Origin: Paragordius varius
Lineage: Eukaryota > Animalia > Nematomorpha
NCBI GenBank assembly: GCA_964247055.1
Contig: OZ176057.1
Location: 3,844,001 to 3,908,000 of the forward strand
Length of the DNA stretch: 64,000 nucleotides
Direction: 5' to 3'
Below, in pieces: positions 37,101 through 50,808 of this stretch. Numbering within the stretch: the first letter of the stretch is position 1; every line of letters starts with the position of its first letter. Under the pieces are notes generated by a model. It did no database searches, was not told the origin of the DNA, and saw only the letters and a program-made list of their open reading frames with translations. Made by a program: the position numbers and the translations under genes.

Positions 37101-37647
37101 ATTGACTTAAATGACTTACTACCATCTAAAAGATGCAGTTTTTTGCGCTCTTTCGAATGATATAAAATACATGGTTTCATATCTAAAACTTTTAATTTTC
37201 TAAATTTCGAGTTTAATGTTAAATCGGGGCCAAAAATTATCGATAAACTCTAATATAAAAAAATTCTTGAATGCTAGACCATTCTTTTCAGGTATACTAA
37301 TTATGTATTTTAATAAAATAAATTTTAAATAAAGAATGGCAGTTAAAAAAAGTTAAAATTTGTTGTCTAGTATTATAGTTAATTATAATATAAAACTGCC
37401 TATGAAGGCAATCATTTATAAATGGTGACAAAACTATAAAATTAGTTGTGTAATAACTAAACTAATCAAAAAAGTTTTTTATATTTTGTTTTTTTTTCAG
37501 ATAATCCAAAAATTCCGTGATGAAGAAATCGAACATCATGATACTGGCCTTGAACATGAAGCTTTACAAGCCCCCTTTGCTAAACCCATAGTGGAAGCGA
37601 TCAAATTTGGTTGTAAAGCTGCCATTTTTGTGGCCCAACGAATTTAA
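34164..37647 (+). CDS. COQ7: 5-demethoxyubiquinone hydroxylase (COQ7/clk-1), di-iron protein (~238 aa)
   Basis: Exons 34164-34178 (inferred), 34209-34394, 34785-34984, 35490-35658, 37501-37647. Motifs: [102 protein letters not shown]-stop. The first exon is the least certain part. Confidence 0.96.
36565..37320 (+). repeat. Dispersed ~750-bp repeat (probable non-autonomous DNA transposon) in COQ7 intron 4
   Basis: Collinear with the reverse complement of 39668-40392, e.g. ATGGAT(G/A)AAAATAGC(T/C)CAAACTT and AAATTTCGAGTTTA(A/C)TGTTAAATCGGG. Confidence 0.75.
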
Positions 37648-38712
37648 TTTGATTTTGAGTTTCTTATAAATATATTCTCTGCAATAATTGAGTTGTAATA
37701 CGTACTTAATAAATAGTGTATATATATTTGTGTAATGATATTTATATTAAAAAAAATTTAATGTAGAATTTTTAAATTTTCATTGCGTCGTATTTCAAAC
37801 TTTATTTGTGCGGCCCTGTGTTTTTTTACAAAAAACGTGGTAAACATGTATTTTATTTAGGGGATTTATGGAAAACTTATAATTCCATATATTTGTAGAT
37901 TTATGGACGATTTTGTTATGTTTTTAATTGTATAAATATTTTTTTTCATTTCTAAGGGACATCATTCAACTTAATTATATTGTCAATATAAATTGGTGTT
38001 TTGGGTTCTACACTTATGATATTTCGCATCTTGACCATTTGTAGAAAAATTAAAATTGAATAAATTAGAGTAATTTACAAGTGGTATTCAGTTTTTTACA
38101 ATATTCTTTAAAGAGTTGAGTCAATGATAAAAACTAATTTTTTTTAGATAATATGGGCTCTAAAATAACTAAACTAGTATGTTTGTAAGAGCTGATTATA
38201 AGATGAATCAATATCAAGTGTTAGTTGGTAAAATATAATATGAAAGCCTTCTAAAGTTAAATACATTCCCTAAAATACATTAACTTTCCTGTTGTATTAG
38301 CTAATTAAAACAAAAAATGCCGGCGAAAAGTTTATTATGATTTTTTACATATTTTTTTGAAGCATGCTAAAAAGCCAAAAAAGCATATATTTAATTTGGC
38401 TTAAGACGTTAAATACTTTTTAACTAAATTTTAAATCACTCTGGATGGATTTTTGAAAATAATTTTCATTTCCAAAAAGTAATATGTTCTACAGAAATGG
38501 GACTTAAAAGCAGCCCTCATAGTCTTTCTCCGGCCCTAATTTAGTTATTAAGATGTACTTATTTTGACTATAAATTTGCCCATGTGTTTAATTGATATGC
38601 AAATATGTCGATATATATAATATTATTGTGCACAGCTCTTAAAACAAAATATTTAATTCAGCCTTTCGAAAAATTTGGTGAGTATACCACATTTTTGCAT
38701 TGCCCTTCAAAT

Positions 38713-38910
38713 CAGTGGTTCCCAAGGTGGGGAGGAGGAGATAATTCTAGGGAAAATTTTGGCGAATCGAATTATAAAATATAATTAGAAACAATTGTAG
38801 TTTAATAAGGATTTAGGTGTAATTTATCAATATTTGTTCCCGATATGCAAAAAATACAGTCGCAGATGCAAGGATCTCATTGATTATAAAAAAAAGGTTG
38901 GAAATCACTA
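38713..38910. mobile_element. hAT (Charlie-like) MITE, ~198 bp
   Basis: CAGTGGTTCCCAAGGT...AGGTTGGAAATCACTA; flanking 8-mers CTTCAAAT / TTTTAAAT (6 of 8 match). Confidence 0.55.
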
Positions 38911-39389
38911 TTTTAAATGATATTACAAAGTCGGTATATTGTAAAAATTTCAAAATTTTGACTGTTATTTCCAATTTATTTACAATTATTATAGCAGTTA
39001 TAGATTAAATATACCGGACAAAAGGTAAAAGTTAAATACAAATATTTTTTAAGACCATACTTAACATGTTCCTACATAAACTAATATAATTAATATTTAA
39101 TTAAATATTCTACTGATTAACATCTCTAATCACGTTTCCACCCAAAACGATGATTCAAGATTGGAAAAGTATGGTTGCCTTAAAAATTTATTTATTATTA
39201 CATACATTAAGAATATTTTTTCCTGTAACTAAGTAATTTCTGTTATGAGTTGAAAACTGGTTGATATTAAAATAATTTTTGAAATGGCATTAAAAAAAGT
39301 TGATATTGATCTCAGATGTTGATCAGATAAAACTAACAGGTTTAATAAAACTAGACAACAAATTTTGACTTTTTAAACTGCCATTCTTG

Positions 39390-39669
39390 TATAATTAAAA
39401 ATATTGGAATTATACGGACAAAATGTAAAAATATAAAGACAATATTTTTTCAAAAAAACCATAATTTTTTAAACTCCATTTAATAAAATATAACTCATTG
39501 TTTCCAATTGCAAATTATAAAATTGATATGTTCATTGGTGACACAACAAATTCAATATATAACAATTGTAATTAAATAGCTTGTTTAAAAATTATGGTTG
39601 TCTTTTAGAAAAGAATATTTTTTTATATCTTTACGTTTTGTCCGTATAATTTCAGTTTTTACTATAATT
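39390..39669. mobile_element. Small fold-back MITE
   Basis: AATTATACGGACAAAATGTAAAAATATAAAG / ATATCTTTACGTTTTGTCCGTATAATT; single-arm relatives at ~39000-39060 and ~41335-41420. Confidence 0.6.
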
Positions 39670-40392
39670 CATTAAAGTACATAAATAGGATATCTGAAAA
39701 AAAATGGAACTCCAAAGAATTTTTATTAGGGCTTATTGATAACTTTTGGCCCGATTTAACAGTAAACTCGAAATTTTCAAAATTAAACGTTTTAAATATA
39801 ATGCCTTATATTTTCGAAAGTGCGCAATGAATCTTTCGTATGGTTGTTTCATTTAAATCATTATAAAAAAAAATTGGCTCTATATGGTCAAAATTTTTAA
39901 CTCTTAAACAAGTCGAAAATTTCATCGACAAGCTAATATAAATATGTAAATTATTTTAATATAATTATTAAAGTACATTAGTGAACAATTTAAAAAAAAT
40001 CTTTAAAAAGCTTTTGGTTTGCTTTTTTATAAAAATATTATTACCAAAATTCTTTTACGGATAAAATACAGAGTTATAACTGTAAATTTATTACATTATC
40101 ATTAAAAAAATAAAAAAAAATACAACTTTGTTTTAGTCTTTGAAAATTCGAAATTATAAGCATCCTAAAGAAAATAAATTATATTGATGAGATCGTAATT
40201 TAAAAAACAAAAAACATAAAAATAGCTGTTTGAATGACATAATTAGGTGTTTTAATTAAAACAACATTCTTGTGTTATTTTTTTGGACATTTATTGCCAT
40301 CTAGAGAAGTTTGGGCTATTTTTATCCATTTGTTTTTCATAAATTAATCGAACAAAACGCTCCTTCGCGCGTTTCCTATGTCCATTATTAAC
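39668..40392 (-). repeat. Inverted copy of the 36565-37320 repeat
   Basis: CCCGATTTAACAGTAAACTCGAAATTT and AAGTTTGGGCTATTTTTATCCAT are reverse complements of segments in 36565-37320. Confidence 0.75.
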
Positions 40393-40681
40393 AATCGATA
40401 TAAAATACAAATTTGAATTTTATATTTTTGTTACTCTTTGGAATGATATGTTAATAAGCATTTATTAAGAAAAATATTTTTTAGTAAAATTTTGAAGTAG
40501 AGGGGGCATATTAAAAATCAAATTTTACAAAATTCCTTTTTAGATTTGCTGTTAAAATGATAATAAATATCAGAAAATGCAGAAAACTTGAGTGGTAGAC
40601 AAATTTGTTGTCTGTAATGATAGATAGTTATATGAAACAATTTTATTAATAAAAGTGATAGTCAATTAAAATTTTTTACGA

Positions 40682-40850
40682 TTGAGGGTCTCACCGCTTC
40701 TAATACCATTTTTATTTAATAGTAACATTTTTTCAGCAAACGCAACATTTACGATTTAAAAATATTGCATTTATTTATAAGGCGTTTGCTTGAAAAATCT
40801 TACTTTTGATTAAAAAATGGTGAACCGAGATCTCACTGTATTAGCCCAAT
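40682..40850. mobile_element. Small degenerate fold-back MITE
   Basis: ACCATTTTTATTTAATAGTAACATTTTTTCAGCAAACGC / GCGTTTGCTTGAAAAATCTTACTTTTGATTAAAAAATGGT. Confidence 0.5.
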
Positions 40851-41466
40851 GAGTCTGTATATAATTTCTGAAAAGACTATAAATCTTATCAATTATCAGT
40901 CCCACTGCGAAAACCGTACATTAAGGATATTTTTATTAAATAACAATTTTACTAATTACATAATATGTTATCAGCACTTCGTTACCTTATCATTTTTTGA
41001 AGATGATTAGTACGGTAGTTTTTTGTCGAGCTTATTTTTTTATTTACAATTTTTTGTTTAGATACAAATATAGTGTATTACAATAAAAATTAATTACAGA
41101 TTCTTAGCTTTTTGGAGCCTGAAATCGGGAGAGCTCCAGGACCCGATTGAAACTAACATCTGTTTTAAATATCAAAATATTGCTGATAAAATGATATTTA
41201 AAGGCTTCCTATTAATTATTTACTTTTTTATGATAATAAACACTATATCTTGTACAAGACGATTAGATTCAAAAATAAAACTATTGAAAGAAACGGTTTT
41301 AATTTATGCTTCTATCCTAATAAAAATATACAGTAAAATTGAAATTATCGGACAAAAACTAAAAATATAAAGACAAATATTTATTTTAACAGACAACCAT
41401 ACTTTTTAAACACTAATTTCTCCTATAAAAACATTATTTACAATCGTAAATAATATATTTTGTTAT

Positions 41467-42128
41467 TAGGGTTGTGCATTTGATTGCTTTTTTCAAAAAA
41501 GTCCCTTCAGACCCAGTCAGACCATGGTCATGACCACTTTTTATTTAAGTAAATATCATGCGATATTGGATTGTCAAAATAATGTTCGAACGACACTTGC
41601 GTTTCGCTAATAATGTCATGTTCTTTCTAAAAAACTTATGTTATACATTTTTTGATATTTATTATTTACAAATATTTTAAATCAAAAGACTTTTGTTTTC
41701 AAATATTCCACATGTTTGTGGCTTCTGAATCTTCAAATAAGTAGCTTTTAATAAATATTCGAAATAGAATTTTACCTAATTTACACTTTCTTTCTTGAAA
41801 TATCCAATTATAAAATGTTTTTTATTTTATTGGTTCAAATATATGGAATAATTGCATATTTTGCCAAGTGCTCGATTGTTTTGTTTTCGAAATACTGATG
41901 TTTAAATGTTAATGTTATAAGGATGCATGAATGAAAATTATATATTGTATAAGCATATTTAAATATTTTTATATTTTTAAAATATATATTAAAAAACAAT
42001 AAATTCTTACTATTTCTGTTCCAAAAAATTACTATGCAATTTTTCGAAAAACAGCCGTTTTTTAAAATGACTATGGTCAAAAAATAAATAGTCATTGACC
42101 GGGTCATGACTTGGTCAGCACAACCCTA
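41467..42128. mobile_element. Possible hAT-like non-autonomous element
   Basis: 11-bp TIR TAGGGTTGTGC / GCACAACCCTA with subterminal GGTCATGAC palindromes at both ends; no TSD found. Confidence 0.4.
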
Positions 42129-43035
42129 GCTTACCAATTTACATCTTTATTTGATACTTTGCAGTTTAAAGCTATATTTAATTTGATCGAAATATAAAAA
42201 TGGATATTATTAATTTGTTCCAAATTTTTAGAATATCAGATTAAGAACTAGGGGTCCCCCAAGACCCCACATTGAATCCGAGGACTGATGTCATGCGCCC
42301 AAGTGTTAATGAAAAAAATTAAAGTAACTTCCTACTTTAAAATAATTAGATTATTTTATTCGATTGATTATTAACCAAATAGCATTAATTTTAAAATTTT
42401 ATTGAGAGCTTCATTTAAATATTAATAGATAATAGACAAATTAATTATTTAGCATGTAAAATTTAAATGTAGATTTGGCACGGTGGTTTACCAAAAAATT
42501 TTTCTGCAAAATCAGATATTATTAAATTAAATATATTATATATATTTTTAAAACCAGATCTGTTTATTGTCATCATGTCCATTATGCATTTTTCTCAGAA
42601 AGCTGGTTTGTAAACTGATTAATTTTTAATAAATTATCTTTTACTACTGAAAAAAAATATTTTTATTAATTTAAATTTAAAATAAATTGAAAACGTGCTT
42701 TTACCTTATTCCCTTCAATTTATTCCCAATATTAATTTATTTAAATTATAAATTTATATTGATTACGAGCATCTTGAAGGTGTTTAATAAACACTTACTT
42801 TAAATATTAAATTTAATTTATGATTGAAATTCCTAATTATAGCTATTTTAGCCATAATTCGATGATTTATGACCGGATTCCTTTGGGGTTTATAACGAAT
42901 CTCAATGCCTAACACTCACAGATTTATTAAAATTTGTCACGCTTTTAAAAATTACTAATTATATATGGACTGTCAATATTTATTAATCAATTGTTTCACT
43001 CCAGATATGTAAAATTGACTTAATATACAATATAA

Positions 43036-43200
43036 TTTTTAATGGTTGTTTATTTCACACTATAGTTGGGTGCAACACAGTAGTGTATGGAAAAAAAGGA
43101 ACAAATTGTTTATTCAACATTTTGTTGTTTTTCCAAACATTATTGTGTTGCAAATTGTCCGCCCTACTAAAGTGTGAAATAAGCAACCATTAAAATGCAT
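43036..43200. mobile_element. Palindromic MITE family D
   Basis: TTTTAATGGTTGTTTATTTCACAC...GTGTGAAATAAGCAACCATTAAAA. Confidence 0.75.
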
Positions 43201-45071
43201 ACTGTATCGTATTTGTTTTTGAGTTGAAACCATTTTTTAATTAACCAGTAAGTACATAGGTTTGGATAGAATAAACAACATAATACTTATAAAGGTTATG
43301 TGAAAGAAATGTTAGGTATTTTGGCGTATAAGCCGACTTAAATGGCTCAGATGGCTCTTAACTTTCCTATATCTTAAAAGCTGAGACGGGCAAACATTTA
43401 AGCCAGTGTTTTTGTGGATAAAAGAATATTAAAACCCTAAAAAGTAGAAAGAAAATTTTGATTTTTTTTAAGCCCATTTACATAATTATTAAGTTTATAA
43501 AGCAGGAAGATTTGCATAGCCCAAGTGTTAAATTTTAGGGTTTCGCTTGTGCTTAAAGAAGAATCAGTAAACACAATTCCGTTTTGAAAAAATTTGTAGA
43601 GATATAATTTGGAAAATATATATTTCGTTTTTAGATCAATTTTATTAAAAGATTGGCTTTGCACGATGCTAATTTCAACAGGACAGCAACTTTTTAAATC
43701 TAATGCCTTATTTCATTAAAGCTCTTCACCATCAAAGGTCCGTTTAAAATTTTAAGTTTTTTTAATTAAAGGAACTTTTACTGAAATTCTTCGTATTATA
43801 AAGATTGCCATAACATACATTGAATGGTGGTTACATTACAGAGATAAAATATAGTAATGTAGAGGGAAAAGCACATCCGTTTTCTTGTGGATGGGTTTTG
43901 CGCTAAAGAATTTATTGTGAATCTAACATTGTCATACATTTAAAATTTGGAAAGTTGATCGGCACCTGAAATTTAGAGAAAAAAAGAAATCTTTCATTGT
44001 TAACATTTATCTCTTTAAAGGACTAAATAGAATTTTAAAAAAATTGGAAATTGGGAAACTGTTCTTCCAAAACTCTCTGAACCTATTAATATTATATTGC
44101 TATATTTTCGGCTTTTGTAAAATATGTTTTGCTTTATAGTTATCCTGTTAAATTTCCTAATTGCTATTTGATTGAGAAAAAAATTTGATATTTTTTAAAA
44201 AATTTTTTGATTTTTGAAACAAATAGATGTTAAAATCGGAACCATACGAAGTTTCCTAAATTATTATCAAGCAAAAAATCTAGATTAAGTTTTTTGTAAC
44301 CAGGGCTTCGGTACTGGACTGTTTCTTAAATTATCGTTATCATTGTTTTCTATCATTTATTTTTATAAATCAGATCACTATTCTAGGCCATAACTAAGTT
44401 TTAAATAACTAAAGGTGTTTTAACTTACATGTCAGCATATAAGATGATTTGTTATTAGCTACATATTTAAAAATTGTGGAGAAATATTTCAGTGCTTAAT
44501 AAATATGAAACTAATAAAAATTTTATACAAGGCAACAATCATGTAAATTATAAGTACTCTTTTATCTAATTTAAATACAGATTGGCATATAAATAATAGT
44601 GCTCGTTCTCTATCTACATAAAATTTTCATTTTTTATACGGGATGACATTTTAGGGTAATTAAACTACTGTTGTGAAAGTTGTTTTGATTGAAAATTAAT
44701 TAACACACCCTCTTCTCTTGTATTACAAAAAAAACCTCTGGGAGTTTTTATAACTTCTAGAGTTCCAAGTTCTAAAACACTATTGACATGAGACTAAATA
44801 TTAAAATCAAAACGGAAGTTTCCTGGTTCGCCACTTATTAAAAGCTTTTCAAAATAATTATTTATATTATTCAACCATAATAACAAATCAACTGTTGTAT
44901 TCGCTATTTTAAAAAATACATACACTAAGGATGTATATTTTCTAGAGGTTATCTAAAAATTTATATTAATAATATCAAAAATACTTTTATGCAAATTTCC
45001 CCAATTCGGTTTATACTATGCTATGATTAATTTTTTGGATAAGACTAAAGTTATAGCTTTTTATACATTAA

Positions 45072-45615
45072 CACTTGGATACAACACATTCATTTCAGTC
45101 CTTCGATTCGAATTGGGGTAGTTGGATACCCCAGGCCTGTTTAAAATCAAATAGTTTAAAAAGTATGGAGGCAATCGAAACCATGGCAAAATTTTGCACC
45201 TATATAACATTAAAAACCGAAATATAAACAAAAATTTATTCAAAAATACTTGATATTTATTTAGAGGTAAAACCTAAGAGTAAAAATTTGGCCAACATGA
45301 TATGTGTTTTTTAGCTAAATATAAAAATGATGCAAAATATATAACATTTTCTGTTAAAATCAATGTTTGTAATTTTAATATAAAAGTAAACTGATTTTAG
45401 GCTTTATTGTCCAAAAATGTTGCAAAATAAAAATGGCGTCAAGGTAGTTTGATGGGAAACTTTTTTTCCAAAACTAAATTTTACTTGGATATTTTGGCTT
45501 ATTTATATAATTTTAATTAGAATAGAAGCATTAAATCGGAGTTTCTGTCAGTAGTTAAAATTATCAACTGAATTATTGTCTGGGGTATTTAAATACCGCA
45601 ATTTGAATCGAAGTG
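45072..45615 (+). mobile_element. TTAA-flanked element, family B
   Basis: TTAA|CACTTGGATACAACACATTC...TTTGAATCGAAGTG|TTAA; collinear with 18710-19283. Confidence 0.82.
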
Positions 45616-46677
45616 TTAATTTTAATTCTTCATATTTTAATAATTTACGACAACTCAAAATCTGAGAAAAGGGCAGTAATCGTAAGTTAAAAATTATAAT
45701 AAGATACTGCAATTAAAATTATTTATAAAAATCGCCTTAACAAAATATTGCTTAATTTTTATCGTAAAAAAAGTAATATTGTTATAGCCTTCGTTAACTT
45801 TCCCAAAAATCTAAATAAAATCGCAAATATTTTAAAAATTATGAATTTTTGTCTTTAATTTACAATTGATATTTCACTTTTAATAAGTTTGCATACAATT
45901 TGAAATCCAATAAAATTTGGCCTACCTATTCATTCATACATTTTTTATTCGAATCCTACATAATAAAAAGGGCTAATGTAATAATCAAACATAATTTATT
46001 TAGTATATTCGGCATTTCTTTTTTTCAAAATTTGCCTTAAAATCAATATATAACCATCCTTAATTGAACTGTTACTTATGATTTGAAATAAAGTTCTTTA
46101 TAATTAATAAACAAAAATAATGTTAAAAAATACAAAAAATTCGTTTATTAACCGTTTGTGGTTTGTGTGCCAGTCATACGCTACTTAAAAACAAAAATAG
46201 TAAACATATTTTATAAATATTTTTTTATGGCATCATAATTATAAACAGTATATAAACCCTTATAATGATAAGCTTTTCAAATTAACGCGTATGTACGCAT
46301 ACCTACAGTAAGCTAGAAAAAACATAAAGGCAAATAGTTTAAAAAGACCGCTAATATTTTAAACCTTGTTATTTAACACATAACTAAGTTATGATTCTAA
46401 ATGTTGTAATTCCCTAATTGGCAACTCAATAGATGTGTATAACATATTAGTGTAAATATGGTTGTTTCAAAAAAATGTCTTTTCGTTTTTACGTTTTGCC
46501 TGTATAATCCAATTTTATTTATAAAGCTTATACTGAGGTCAAAATCTTTAAATAAGGTCCCGGTTATTTTGAAGATTAAAAAATACCTTCCCATACATTT
46601 ACTAGTTTTTATGTATTATATTAGAATATTTAAACAATAATTTCCAATTTTTGTTAATAAATATATATATATATATA

Positions 46678-49509
46678 CTAGCGTGAATCTCGTGCTGCTA
46701 CGCAGCCGAGGAAGTCCTTCGGACTTCTGGGGGGGGGGGGAGGTTCGAAGTTTGGATTTGAATGGGTCTACCGTTTTTCCTGTAGATCACAAAGCCAGCA
46801 TTTTCCATTTTTATAAATATATAGATTACCATAAATAATGTTTTAATATCCATATATCTTTTAACATGCTATACATATGATAGATACTCCTTACTCAGCA
46901 GCTATCATCAAAGAAACGCTTGACTAAAATTTTTGCCTTTTAACAGGCAATACGAAAAATCTTTCTCGAATTTTTACAGTCTCATACCGTGGACAAAAAA
47001 ATACAATCAAAAAAATATTTTTGTGGACTTTGTTTTTGAAAAAAATGGCATTTTACGGGGGTAGCGGGTAAAAAGAGGGCCTAAATCAAAAAAGTGACTC
47101 GACTATGTTCAGCGCGATCAAAAATAAGTAAACAAAATTCATATTTGTAAATGAATGGTCCAACACGTTCTCCAAAAAATTGACTTAACCCAATTTTCAC
47201 ACGGGGTGGGCCCGAACTGGGGACCTAATTCCAAAAAAGGGCGAAGCTATTGTCGGGGCATTCATTAATGATTATATTTTTTCGATATTTGGATTTGATT
47301 GGGATCACCGGTTTTCCGGAAACAGTTCACAAAGTTATATGAAAAATCAGTTTTTAGCGGGTAGCTCCTTACCCAGCAGCTATCATCAAATAAACGGTGG
47401 ACTAAAATTTTTGCCTTTTAACAGGGAATACGTGGAATCTTTATTGAATTTTTACGGTCTCATACCTAGGGCGAAAAATCGATTTAGAAAATTATTTTTG
47501 TGGACTTTGTTTTTTGAAAAAAATGGCATTTTACGGGGGGAGCGGGTAAAAAGAGGGCCTAAATCAAAAAAGTGGCTCGACTATGTTCGGCGCAATCGAA
47601 AATAAGTAAACAAAAATTATATTTGAAATTGAATGGTCCAACACGTTCTCCGGAAAATTGTCTCAAAAACACGATTTTGTGGACTTCTGTTTTCAAAAAA
47701 AACCCGTTTTTCATACGGGGTGGGCCCGAACTGGGAGCCTATTTCAAAAAAAGGGCGAAGCTATTGTCGGGACATTTATTAATGATTATATTTTTTCGAT
47801 ATTTGGATTTGATTGGGTCTACCGGTTTTCCTGTACCAGATCACAAAGCCAGCATTTTCCATTTTTATAAATATATAGATGAGGATAAATAATGTATTAA
47901 TATCCATATATCTTTTAACATGCTATGCATATGATAGATACTCCTTACTCAGCATCTATCATCAAAGAAACGCTTGACTAAAATTTTTGCCTTTTAACAG
48001 GGAATACGTGGAATCTTTATTGAATTTTTACGGTCTCATACCTAGGGCGAAAAATCGATTTAGAAAATTATTTTTGTGGACTTTGTTTTTTGAAAAAAAT
48101 GGCATTATACGGGGGGAGCGGGTAAAAAGAGGGCCTAAATCAAAAAAGTGGCTCGACTATGTTCGGCGCAATCGAAAATAAGTAAACAAAAATTATATTT
48201 GAAATTGAATGGTCCAACACGTTCTCCGGAAAATTGTCTCAAAAACACGATTTTGTGGACTTCTGTTTTCAAAAAAAACCCGTTTTTCATACGGGGTGGG
48301 CCCGAACTGGGAGCCTATTTCAAAAAAAGGGCGAAGCTATTGTCGGGACATTTATTAATGATTATATTTTTTCGATATTTGGATTTGATTGGGTCTACCG
48401 GTTTTCCTGTACCAGATCACAAAGCCAGCATTTTCCATTTTTATAAATATATAGATGAGGATAAATAATGTATTAATATCCATATATCTTTTAACATGCT
48501 ATGCATATGATAGATACTCCTTACTCAGCATCTATCATCAAAGAAACGCTTGACTAAAATTTTTGCCTTTTAACAGGCAATACAAAAAATCTTTCTCGAA
48601 TTTTTACAGTCTCATACCGTGGGCAAAAAAATACAATCAAAAAAATATTTTTGTGGACTTTGTTTTTGAAAAAAATGGCATTTTACGGGGGGAGCGGGTA
48701 AAAAGAGGGCCTAAATCAAAAAAGTAACTCGACTATGTTCAGCGCGATCAAAAATAAGTAAACAAAATTCATATTTGAAATTGAATGGTCCAACACGTTC
48801 TCCAAAAAATTGACTTAACCCATTTTTCACACGGGGTGGGCCCAAACTGGGGACCTAATTCCAAAAAAGGGCGAAGCTATTGTCGGGGCATTCATTAATG
48901 ATTATATTTTTTCGATATTTGGATTTGATTGGGATCACCGGTTTTCCGAAAACAGATCACAAAGTTATATGAAAAATCAGTTTTTAGCGGGTAGCTCCTT
49001 ACCCAGCAGCTATCATCAAATAAACGGTGGACTAAAATTTTTGCCTTTTAACAGGGAATACGTGGAATCTTTATTGAATTTTTACGGTCTCATACCTAGG
49101 GCGAAAAATCGATTTAGAAAATTATTTTTGTGGACTTTGTTTTTTGAAAAAAATGGCATTTTACGGGGGGAGCGGGTAAAAAGAGGGCCTAAATCAAAAA
49201 AGTGGCTCGACTATGTTCGGCGCAATCGAAAATAAGTAAACAAAAATTATATTTGAAATTGAATGGTCCAACACGTTCTCCGGAAAATTGTCTCAAAAAC
49301 ACGATTTTGTGGACTTCTGTTTTCAAAAAAAACCCGTTTTTCATACGGGGTGGGCCCGAACTGGGAGCCTATTTCAAAAAAAGGGCGAAGCTATTGTCGG
49401 GACATTTATTAATGATTATATTTTTTCGATATTTGGATTTGATTGGGTCTACCGGTTTTCCTGTACCAGATCACAAAGCCAGCATTTTCCATTTTTATAA
49501 ATATATAGA
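46678..49509 (-). mobile_element. Non-autonomous Helitron-like element with internal tandem array (copy 2, 2832 bp)
   Basis: Reverse orientation of copy 1: CTAG at 46678-46681 with the same two hairpins, 5' TCTATATATTTATAAAAAT ending at 49509, flanked by A and T. Near-identical internal duplications at offsets 576, 1054 and 1630 bp (see the repeated ORFs at 47572, 48148, 49202 and 47339, 48969). Confidence 0.87.
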
Positions 49510-50641
49510 TAATATTTTAATAAAATCATTTGATTTAAAATTAATTATTATCTCTCTTAAAAAGGATCGTAATGCAATTGAGACGTTATTTTTCCCCACA
49601 ATCGGGTTCAATAGGGGATTCACTATGTAAGAAGTTTTCGCCTTTTTTATGGTTTTATTAATAATAAGTAATAAAGAAAATAATTTATGAATATATATTT
49701 ATGTATATATAATATAAAAAAAATTTCTTATGCACTTAGAGTGTCATTTCTTAAAAATTGCTGAAAAATAATTAACTTTTAACATTAATTTGCATATAGA
49801 TACAATTTTATGCATCTATCAACATAAATATACCGACAACCCAAAAAAACTCTTATAACCAAAATAGAATGTTTAAATAATAACAAAAGTAATTTTAATT
49901 AAAAAATAATATAATTTGATAATTCTAATAGACATAAAAACTAAAAGGCTAATATTGTATTATTATATAAATTTCACAATTTCGAATATATATATATATT
50001 TAAGCCCTCAATATATTAAATATCTTGTAATGTATTAATATATTATTTGTGATATTTCAAACTTATGATTCAAATCTAGGGCTTTATTATATATAATAAC
50101 GTTGTCAAAAATGTCGCGTCGTCTAATTAAAAACTGCGCAAATACACCATTTTTATTTAAGGATTATTTGCATGAAAAAATAAAATATTATATATTTATA
50201 TAAAAGTTCTGTCAAAAAAGCTGGTCCCCTATTACAAATTATTGTATAGCGTGCAATCTCATAAATTATATATGAATATGTACTGAATAGGATTTAGGAT
50301 TCGTTTTCCCCAAAAATTAATTTATGGGTGTATATATATATTTTATGATATGTTAAACCTAATGTTGTTGATTAAGGTATATAAATAGGCAAAGTTTCAT
50401 CAACAATATTCCAAAATTAGCCTATTTCAGTTTTGTTTTAAATATAAATAATTTTTACAGTATGAGTAAAAGTATACATTGATAGTTTTTTATTAAATAC
50501 TACCAGATAGGATATATAATATTACCTCAAATAGTAAAAATTAATAAAAAAAACTTAAATCGCCCTTTGCTGCATATAAATAACTAACAATTCATACATA
50601 GTCTTAAATATGTAATTTTTTATGACATACATATTTTATAG

Positions 50642-50808
50642 TATGCATTTTAATGGTTACTTATTTCACCATATTTGGGCGATTCGCAACCTAGTAGTGT
50701 ATGGAAAAGCCACAAAATGTTGAATAAACAATATTTTTCTTTCTTTTTTTGGTACACTACTGTGTTGCAAATTGCCCTAGTATTGTGTAAACAACCATTA
50801 AAATGATA
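50642..50808. mobile_element. Palindromic MITE family D
   Basis: TGCATTTTAATGGTTACTTATTTCAC...GTAAACAACCATTAAAATG. Confidence 0.72.

Noticed and set aside
47339-49630. Repeated ORFs (MARLCSAQ..., MKNQFLAG..., MSQKHDF...) in the arrays, mirrored at 26568-27927
   Set aside because: They are overlapping frames on tandem repeat DNA that change length between copies, with no recognisable domain and no Rep (HUH) or helicase motifs; treated as chance ORFs.
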